From a virus, in IMG/VR virus record IMGVR_UViG_3300046168_000070, positions 129,845-193,844 of that record: a DNA stretch of 64,000 bases, one strand, 5' to 3'. Shown here one piece after another: positions 1 to 9,300 of this stretch (position 1 is the first letter of the stretch; the number at the start of each line of letters is the position of its first letter). The translations under genes and the position numbers were made by a program. The notes beneath the pieces are model-generated. The model had not been told where the DNA came from. It was given only the letters and a program-made list of their open reading frames with translations, and did no database searches.

Positions 1-3000
1 CCACATCCTAAATTTTTAGCTCTGGCTCTAATATAATATCTCGTATTGGGGGATAGCCCAATAACAGGAATAGAGGTGTCGCTTGTCTCTTTAGACCTAA
101 AGTCTGAAATAAAGTTTGAAAAGTTTGAATTAGTTGATATATCTATTTCATATGATATTACCGAAGCTGGTTCGGATAGGGCGATATTAAAACTATTAGC
201 CGTGACATTAGAGGAAGTTAAGGTTGGGGAGCTGGGAAAAGTTAAGACTAATTCTGGATCAGAATATTCTGTTGATCCATATTGATTAAAAGCTTTTATC
301 CTATAATAGTATTTTGTTCCTGGATCTAAGTTGGTAATATTAATTGACAAAGAAGAAGTACGGAAGCTAGTATTGTAAGAACCGACAAAAGAAGAGAAAT
401 TAATATCTTCAGATAAATTAAACTCATATTGTGTAGAATTTGGATCTTTTACCCAAGATGCAGTGAACCCATAATAAGAGCAATTTGATGGAGGATTTAA
501 TCCTTTAAGTGAAGACTTTGACGGAGTAATTTGAGAAACAACATTACTATATGGACTTTTCCCACAATCACCATCAGATGATCTAACTCTAAAATAATAT
601 TCTGTTTTTTCTTGTAAATTGTTTAATGAAATATTATTTGCTGACAACTCAACTCCCGCATAGTTACTTATTAGGGGGCTCATTGTTTCTGATTTTGATA
701 GATCGAATATATATTTAACTCCACCGCCCACAGACCCCCAAGATGCGTTGAATGAATTAGGGGTTGCTGAAGAAGCTGATAAATTAGTTGGTGTTGCAGG
801 CGCCGTACAATCAGATCCAGTTTCTGAATTTTGAGATGCGCCGCAATCGTTAACAGCTCTAATTCTATAGATATAGTTTTGCCCAGCCGTTAATCCTGTC
901 ACCTTTAGAGAATTCTCTTCAACCGATTTTGAATTATAGCCTGTCAAATTGGGGTTAAAATTATTTGATTGTAGCGATACATCAACTTCATAACTTTCTG
1001 CTCCATCAGTATTATTCCATTTTAAAAGTATTGAGTCCTGTTCTGTAGAGGGCGATTCGATAATTAGTGGAGCAGGAGGTATGGTTACTTTAAATTTATC
1101 AAAAGAATAGTCTCCTTGCCCTGTAGGATTAATTGCCCTAACTCTGTACCAATATTTTTTTCCAGCTAGCAAATTTGTTACGTCATAACTATTAATTGAA
1201 GAGGTTTTCGTTAAACTGTATACTGGAAAACCATTTGCATCAACCGCGCTAGTATATTGTATCTCATATTCAGAAGCTCCAGTTATATTAGGCCAGGATA
1301 AAGTAAATCCATAGAAATCGCATTGAGTTGCTGATATATTGGTTACTTGTTTTGGTATGAGGGTTACTGATTCTGGGGAAGTTCCTGAAGTTTCTCCGCA
1401 GTCATTATCTACATGTAAAACTACGGAGTATGTTTCGCCTTGCTCTAAACCAGTAATTTCCATTGAGGTATAATGAGTTTTCTTCCTATCATATCTGATG
1501 AGCGGAGCAGAAGACCCATGTTTGAAAACTGAAACCATATAACCATTATTCAGTCTTGACGGATCCCAGTTCAGCATGAATTCAGTTTCTAAAATATTTG
1601 AGAATCTAATATTTGTGGGCTGGGGTGATCTAGTTTGGTTTTTAAATATTTCAGAATTGAAACTTGTTCCAGAATTATTAACAGACCTTACTCTAGAATA
1701 GAAAACTTTACCTGCATCTAGCTCTTGAATTAAATAGTTATTTGTAGTAACAAGATACGAATCTAAAACTAGACTGGCAAAATTAGGATCGTTAGATAAA
1801 TCTAATAAATAATGATTAGCTCCTTTTGAAGCTGTCCAATTCAACTTAAACCCAAAACTAGGAGAATCTTGACAGTTCGAAAAGCTAGTAATTTCTGGAT
1901 TGGCAGGAATAGTTATAGTCTCAACAACGTTAGACCATTGCGAATATTCTCCATATTCATTTTTAGATCTTATTCTATAATAATAAACAGTACCTGGCTC
2001 AAGAGCGCATAACTCATATGAATATGTAATTTGCAGATTACCGTCTCCCTGGAAGCGCATTTTATCTAAAACTTTATTATTATTATTGAAATAAGGATCT
2101 TCTTTAGAAACATCAAGTTCGTATTCATGGTCTATAACAAAACCTTTCCAATTTAAGGTAAAGCAGGACTGAGTTTGGCTCGTAGCTAATTTAGCTTGAG
2201 GTCTATACACTTGGATAGTCGGCTCTCGACATTGCCTGTCGGGCTCGGGACCAATTTCTACGTCGTCTAACTCTGCTGAGAGGCTTCCAGAAATTATTGA
2301 TTCATCGAGAAAATTATAATAACCTTGATATGATAAAGAAATCTCTAATTGTTCATTTACTGATGCGCTTATGTTTTCACCTATGAGTCGTGCATTAGGT
2401 ATATTGTAAGAACCAATAACTGATGTGTTGTCAGAGTTTTTAACTAAAATAGAAAGATCTTTTTTATGCGGGCTAGTGTTTTGTATTAAGTAATCAAAAA
2501 CATTTTTAGCTTCATAATCATCAATATGTAATACTATTTCAGCGTTAACCTCGTAAGGAGGTATAGCTTGCACTTCAACAGGCCTATCTTTTCCAACTAC
2601 ATAAATAGGCTCTCTTGGGGTAGAAAGAGTATAAGAAAAACTTTGTACGCGATTAGTTTCTGTACCGAACCCAGAAATATGTATAGATCCTTGATCTGGT
2701 ATTTGAATAATTTCTCCATCTTCCTCGGGGTGCAAAATTGGAGTGGCCGACCTAGGATGGTCTCCAGATAAACCAACCCATCCGTAATCTAACCATTCTA
2801 TGGCGTCTAGCTTTACTGAATCTTGATCCCTGACTACTCCAGTAGTTAATATCCCAGTTTCGACATACTGCTTAACTAACCCAGTTTCGGTATGATGTAA
2901 AGTTGTGTTATAATTTTTAACTTTATTTTTTGCTAATGTGCGAGATCCTCCTCCTATATTTCCGTAAACAGCAATGTCGGCAGAAACTGAAGGTATGGCT

Positions 3001-3314
3001 CCTACAGAACAAGAGACAGAGTAATCCTGTAAATAGCCACTAACAAAATCAAAGCTAGTTCCATTATAATAAATTCCACCGTTGAACCCTAATTCACCAG
3101 TATAATTTAATAACGGATCTCTTGTAATCAAACTTCTCTCTATGGAAAAATTACCTTGAAGAGGTTGAGTAACTAAGCTATCAAAATATCCGTGACCTAA
3201 AACATTAAGGGGCTCTTCATTTATTTGATAGCCGCCATCTATTGCTGTAACGCCAGAGACTTCATAGTTTTCTATAAAAAACTTTTGTTCGTAATTAAAA
3301 TTTGCTCCGTTCAT
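1..3314 (-). CDS. Tail-tube-like domain fused to >=8 fibronectin type III repeats (runs off the window start; absent from the ORF track)
   Basis: Manual translation from ATG at 3314 (overlapping the TMP stop) stays open to base 1. N-terminus MNGANFNYEQKFFI...RVQSFSYTLSTPREPIYVVGK resembles the tube protein motif VQSVSFNIPMSRTPIERLG. It is followed by FN3 F-strand motifs EPGTVYYYRIRSKN, DAGKVFYSRVRSVN, EQGETYSVVLHVDN, LAGKKYWYRVRAIN, TAGQNYIYRIRAVN, QEKTEYYFRVRSS, DPGTKYYYRIKAFN, SPNTRYYIRARAKN. Confidence 0.85.
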   Translation of the reverse strand, partial: MNGANFNYEQKFFIENYEVSGVTAIDGGYQINEEPLNVLGHGYFDSLVTQPLQGNFSIERSLITRDPLLNYTGELGFNGGIYYNGTSFDFVSGYLQDYSVSCSVGAIPSVSADIAVYGNIGGGSRTLAKNKVKNYNTTLHHTETGLVKQYVETGILTTGVVRDQDSVKLDAIEWLDYGWVGLSGDHPRSATPILHPEEDGEIIQIPDQGSIHISGFGTETNRVQSFSYTLSTPREPIYVVGKDRPVEVQAIPPYEVNAEIVLHIDDYEAKNVFDYLIQNTSPHKKDLSILVKNSDNTSVIGSYNIPNARLIGENISASVNEQLEISLSYQGYYNFLDESIISGSLSAELDDVEIGPEPDRQCREPTIQVYRPQAKLATSQTQSCFTLNWKGFVIDHEYELDVSKEDPYFNNNNKVLDKMRFQGDGNLQITYSYELCALEPGTVYYYRIRSKNEYGEYSQWSNVVETITIPANPEITSFSNCQDSPSFGFKLNWTASKGANHYLLDLSNDPNFASLVLDSYLVTTNNYLIQELDAGKVFYSRVRSVNNSGTSFNSEIFKNQTRSPQPTNIRFSNILETEFMLNWDPSRLNNGYMVSVFKHGSSAPLIRYDRKKTHYTSMEITGLEQGETYSVVLHVDNDCGETSGTSPESVTLIPKQVTNISATQCDFYGFTLSWPNITGASEYEIQYTSAVDANGFPVYSLTKTSSINSYDVTNLLAGKKYWYRVRAINPTGQGDYSFDKFKVTIPPAPLIIESPSTEQDSILLKWNNTDGAESYEVDVSLQSNNFNPNLTGYNSKSVEENSLKVTGLTAGQNYIYRIRAVNDCGASQNSETGSDCTAPATPTNLSASSATPNSFNASWGSVGGGVKYIFDLSKSETMSPLISNYAGVELSANNISLNNLQEKTEYYFRVRSSDGDCGKSPYSNVVSQITPSKSSLKGLNPPSNCSYYGFTASWVKDPNSTQYEFNLSEDINFSSFVGSYNTSFRTSSLSINITNLDPGTKYYYRIKAFNQYGSTEYSDPELVLTFPSSPTLTSSNVTANSFNIALSEPASVISYEIDISTNSNFSNFISDFRSKETSDTSIPVIGLSPNTRYYIRARAKNLGC

Positions 3315-6300
3315 TACTTCATTTTACTTGGATTTGGTAATACGCCGCCTAATCTCTGTTGATCTGTTAATATTTTAATAACTGACTCTTCAATTTGTTT
3401 TGCGATGTCATTGGCTTTTTGATTAACGCTAGAATTAACGCCGTTAGCACTTCCCATGTCGCTTGATCCTCCGCCTTCATAAGAAGATTGCGAGCCGCCT
3501 TTTGAGTCTACAGTTACATTGATGTTTATGTCTCCTACGCCTCCGCCTGATCCTCCGCTAGAGGTTGAAAAGCCTCCGCTTCCTCCAGAAGGTTGAGATT
3601 GTAAAGCTAATAATATTTGAGAAAGTAAATCATTTTGTATGCTAGCTTGATCTACAAAATTAGAATTATTTGAAACATTAGATACATTAGATGAACTACG
3701 TACAGAATTAGAATTAGAGCTAGAAGAATTATTTATTTCAGTAGATTGAGATGTTTGACTTTTATCTATTACATTTTGTACGCTATTTGATATCTCTTGA
3801 GAAATAGTGGTATTTTGATTTTTAATTTCTTCTAAAATAGATTGTAATATAGTGGATTGATCTGTGCCTGCTTCGCCTGCTTCTCCAGTTGTTATATTGT
3901 TTGTTGTTTTTGATTCTATCGTTTCTTTTAAGGTTTGAGTTTCACTGCGTGTTGATTCTGCGGTTTCCCCTTGTATTATTAATGTATCTAAAATTTGCTG
4001 TAAAAGTTCAGACTGAGAATCCATGTTACTGCCTGCGGGCATTGATACATTTTTACCCACAACTCCACCTCTATTTAAACGTTGAGCATTGATACTATTA
4101 AAGAAAGATAAGCCGTGTTTTTTGACAGCATCTTTATTTATTACGAATTCCCCTCCAGTTAATAAAGAAGGGACTTTCCCTTTTTGAGCGGAGTGACCCA
4201 CTTTCCCTCCTAACGCGAAATTTTCAGTTAATCGTCGCTGGACATTATTAACTACTCCAGTAGACCCAGATATTGTTTTAGTTTCTGCTAAGCCAGCTGC
4301 GTTACTGGATAGAGGAGCCATGTTTTGCCCCATCATTGCTGTACCCGCCGAAGTGTTCCATGAAGTGTTTTGTAAAGAAAGAATGTCTGCCACTGATCCA
4401 CCACCAATATTTTGAGAAAGATTTGGATTCTTAAAGCCTCCAAAGAAACCAGATTGCTGAGAAGCCATGCCTAGAGAATTAACTTGAAAACCAGAGCCTG
4501 CGAATCGAGCATTAGCTGCATTACCCCCTCTGGAAAATAAGTTTTTAGTGAAACTGCTAGAGCCTCTTGTCGAGCTTCCTGGATTAGCTCCTCCAGTAAA
4601 TGATACGTAAGCTTGAGGATTACTAATTCCGTTCATTGCAAAGCGAGAACTGGCCTTGGCCATATTTGGCATTCCTCCTTTCATGTAAAGATCTCCAGAA
4701 GAAATATTCATATCCTTCATTACTTGCGGGGCGTGTTGTTTGAAAGTTTCTGGCCTTAAGGGCCCTGTTGGAACACCTGCTTCAGCCCTAACCCCTTGTT
4801 CTAGACCCATTGTGTTTGATGCTTTTGCTACTTGAGTACTTTGTATTGCGCTCGTTAATTGTGACACTCCAAAACTAATTGCTGCCCCTATTAAAGCCTG
4901 TTTGATGGCATTTTTAATTGCTTTCTTGCGTTGCTCTCTATATTTTCTTAACGCTTCAACATTTCTATCATAGGCGCCTACAGCATCTAAAGCTTGCTGT
5001 TTTGCAGTCATTACTTCATCCGCAACAGGTCCGCTAATTAAGCCTAACCCTGATAGCCTAGCACTCTCGTCCTCTAACTGAATATTAACACCCCCTCCTG
5101 AGCTGGAAGGCATTGCTTGGCCGTAATCATCTACTGCTCCTGTTGATTGAATTACATCTCTTGCTCCAGAAGTTCCAGCTTGAGTTGCGAAACTCATAAG
5201 ATTGTCTCTACCTGTAATTGCTCCCGCTTCCATCGTGCCCGCCTGACCAAATGAAGAAATCAAAAACCCGCCTTCTCCTGTTTGCTCTTCTAATTCTCGA
5301 CTTGGGTCTGCAGGTCCAATCATACCTCCTTGATTTCTTTGCTTAACTGTACCTGAATTGATGGATGTTAAAAAATCTTTTCCATATTTATTCACTGCAG
5401 ATTTACGAATTACATATTCCCCGCTGTTTAACATCGCAGGAACGTCATCTTTTGTTCCACTGCCTCCGTAAACTTCTCCTCCATCACTCCTTCTAACTAC
5501 TCCACCTTTTGAGAAAGGACTGAATCCTCCTGTCATCGACCCGATTCCTGTATTCACTAAGCCTAAGATTTGATTTGAAAGTTTTTGTTGAATAGCTTGG
5601 TTTAATGTATCAAGAAAACCCAGAGCAACATCTTGGAGGGCGTCATCCCATGATTTAATTCCTGCGCCAGCTTCAGTTAAAGCTTTAGCCATATTGCTCG
5701 AGAATGTTCTAGGCAAGTCTTCACCTAGGGTTCTGTAAAATTCTAACTCGCTATTCTGAACGGTATTTGAGTTACTGGCTACACCTGCGAGAAAGACATC
5801 TCTATTACTCATTGGGCTCATTCCTTGTTGAGCCATTCCTTGCCTCATGGCCATTTGTTGAGCGGGGCTCGAAACATTATATTGACGCTGCAAGTCTAAA
5901 GAGGCTCGTGCCGCACCCGATATATCGCCAGATTCTTTGAGTTTCCTAATTGAATAAGAAGCTTTCTCTGTTTCGTCTGCCATTTTTCTAAGAGGGTCAA
6001 ACTGAGCCTTAATTTGCTCTGAATGAGCAGCAAGGTCCTTGGCGTCTTCATCAAAACCAGCAGAAGTTTTTCTTACATTATTATCTAATTGAGCAAAACT
6101 ATTTAATATAGTATTTGAGGCTTCGCTAATTTTAGAGAAAGAACCGTCTTGAGATAAAGCTTTAATTTGATCTTCTATTTTCGCACCTTGAAGATCTTTT
6201 CTTTTTCCTAGAGCTTCTTGGAAGCCAGCATCTTTTGTTATAACTTTCAGCATCTCATTTTTCATAGACTCGTTAAATTTAGTGGGGTCTTTTACGTTTG

Positions 6301-9300
6301 AGAACTGAGACTGAGCATCGTTAAATATTTTATTTAAATTAAAGTTTTTAACTTTATCTTGAGATTCCTGAAGAGTATTGGTGGGGCCAGGGCTAAGTAA
6401 TCCTTTGTTTCTATTTATTAATCCAATTTTATTTTGTAACTCCGCCGTTTCTTTAGTTAATGATGATAATTCACTTTCGAGAGCTTTATTACTTTTTTCA
6501 ATTTCATCTGCCGTTTTTAAACTTCCTTGATTTTTTGAAATTGATTTTTGCTGGTTATTCCAATCTGCGAACGCTAAGTTTAAATCTCCTGGTTGAGAGA
6601 AGTTTTTTTGGTTTTGTGATATAGCGCTCATTAATGGATTTTGTTGGGCAAATCTATTACCTCCAAGACCAAAAGCTTTAATAAAATCAACTTGCGGAAT
6701 TTGTCTTTGGGCCACTTCATCTTTCACTAGAGGAACTGAGGCATTTGCTTTTAGTTGCTCTTGAATGCTTGAAATTCTTGCCTGTCTTTCTTCAAGCTCT
6801 TTCGATAAACTAGAACCTCCGCTTTTTAACTTTTCTTGCTCTGCCGCTGCAGCAAATACATCAGCATTAGCTTGTTCTACCAACGTCGCCCTTAATTCGT
6901 CTATGGCTATTATTAATTTATCATTTGAATTAATTAATGCATCCTGCACAGATGTATCTTTAAATAACTGAGCTCCTTGAATTTGAGTTTCCTTGATTGA
7001 TTCTGCACTAAATTTTTCTCTTCTTTTTGCGAGTAATTTACTCTCTGTTTCAATATCAAAAAGTTCTTGAGCTCCGTCTCCTGTTTTTGTGAAAGGCTGA
7101 TACTTTCTTTCTCTTTCAATTGCTCTTATTTCAGAATCAAACCCGAGACCTTCGTCTATTTGAATAGATCTTAGAGAGCGAATTTTTTCATCAACTGCTA
7201 GATTTAATTGCTGTCTCGAGTTAGCTTCTTTTTCTTGCAATTCTTGAATACGCATTTGAGTTGTGATCTGCTTATTCTCAATGCTCAATTTTGCGTTAAT
7301 TAAAGATTCGCTTTCTTTATATCCATCAAGAACTGTTTTTATGGACTCGGATAATTGCCTACCTTGAGCCAATGTGCCAGGTTTAATGCCCAAGGCCTCT
7401 TCGAGCTTTTCTGGAGAATCTAAAAGTGTTTTAATTGTTTCTGCACTAGCGTTTTGTATTTTTTCTGAAAATGCGGATAAACCAGTAGGGGTCACTCCCT
7501 CACTTTTGAGCTGATTTAAAACGTCACCTAATAGTTTTTGCCTAGTTTCTTCAAGGCTTTCGCTTTTTTCTAGCTCTGCATTTACCCCTGCTTGAGCTTT
7601 GAGCATGTTCTCTTCCATTGCCAGCCTGTCTGACACAGAAGAATTCATTGTCATATACTTTAGCTTGAGTTCATCGAGCTCGTTTTTTATTTTTAAATCC
7701 CCTTTTAGGAATTCAAATGCTATTTTGCTTTTAACTGCAGCTTGCCTTATATTATCCTTGAGCGAAGAAAAATCTCTTGCCGCATTCTTCATTTCTTTAG
7801 CGACTTTTGCACTACCTTCTAGGACATCTTTGAGGTTCTTACCTGATTCCTGAACGGCTTTAAGGAAAGAGTCCCAGCCACCTTCGTCTATAATATTATC
7901 TATTTCGTCAGCTATTAAGTTAAAATTAACTTCATCTTTTTGTTTATCAAAACCTAGGATTTTAGCAACGTTTTCGCCTGACCTTTTTTCCCCTTCCGCA
8001 GCGCTTTTAAAGATAGGGCGCCCTCCCAAGCTTCTGCCTGTCATGTATCTATCTTTCTTTAAGTTGCTTAAGCTTCCAATTTGATCTTCAGTTAAACCAA
8101 ACTGGCCAAAAGAGCTAGCTAGTTTTGATCTTTCTCTCTCTCCCACGCCTTTAGATTTACCAATAAATGGATTGGCATCGTCAGCAGCTTCTCTGAAAAG
8201 TCCTAAGTTCTCTAATAATTGCGCTGAGCCTACTTGCTTTTGTGTAATTTGGGCAAAATTTTCGCGAACAGCTGCTCTTTCTTGCTCGTTGTTTGCACCT
8301 AGATATGCTTGAGCTAAAGTTTGACCCTTTTGATTTTTTAGATTAGGGTTACTTTTATTTAATGTCTCGCTTATTTTTTTAGCTAATTCAGACTCGGATA
8401 AGCCTGATGATTTGAGCTGATCTAGCGCTCCAAAAGTATTATTTAATTCAGTTTGAATTGAGGAGGCTTCTTGAACTACCCCAGCGAGCTCTTCCATACT
8501 TAATTCTGTATTACCCAGAGCACTTACCAAGCCTCCAGCCGCTCCAAGAGCTCCTCCGACAGCAGCTCCAACCGCAGTTCCAATAACAGGTACAGCGCTA
8601 CCTATTGCACCTCCTAGCATTGCTCCTGAAGAAAGACCTGTAGTTATACTACCTGCAGCGCCGCTAGCAAATCTTTGACCCTTACTCATTTTGACTCTAT
8701 CTCCGCCGAAAGCAGAAGTAAGACCTTGATCTATTATTCCTCCAGCAATAGGTAATCCAAAGCTTGCGCCGAATCCGCCAGAAAATCTACCGAAACTCCT
8801 GAGAGCTTTTGCGCCTTTCGATTTACTATCCCTAAGCCCTCTAAGCCTGCTACCGATGACCCCTTCTTCTCCAAGCCCTAATTTACCTGATTTATTTACG
8901 AGTTTTTCTTGATCAGATTTTTTTCTAGCTGCGTTAATTTGCTTTATACCTTCTGCAGTTTCTTGCTTTTCAAAACCCAACTGCCTTAGTGCTTCTTTAG
9001 TTTGTCCTTCACTGGCTCCTTTTTCTTTAAGTCGAAGTAGTAAGGTTTCTTTGTTTAAACCAGTTTGGTTAAGTGCGTGAGTATTATATGTTTTTACAAA
9101 TGACTGCATGTCAGAGTTTAACTTGACTCCAGTTTTACTCATTTCCTTCATTGCTCCTCCCAATACTTTTAAGTCGCGAAATACACTTGAATCAAAACCA
9201 GGCAGTTTTCTACTACGAGCAGCAAAATTTGGAACATCTTGCATGCCTCTTGGTTCGTCTCTAGTATTTGTGACTGCGAGTCCCATTGGATTGCTGGAAC

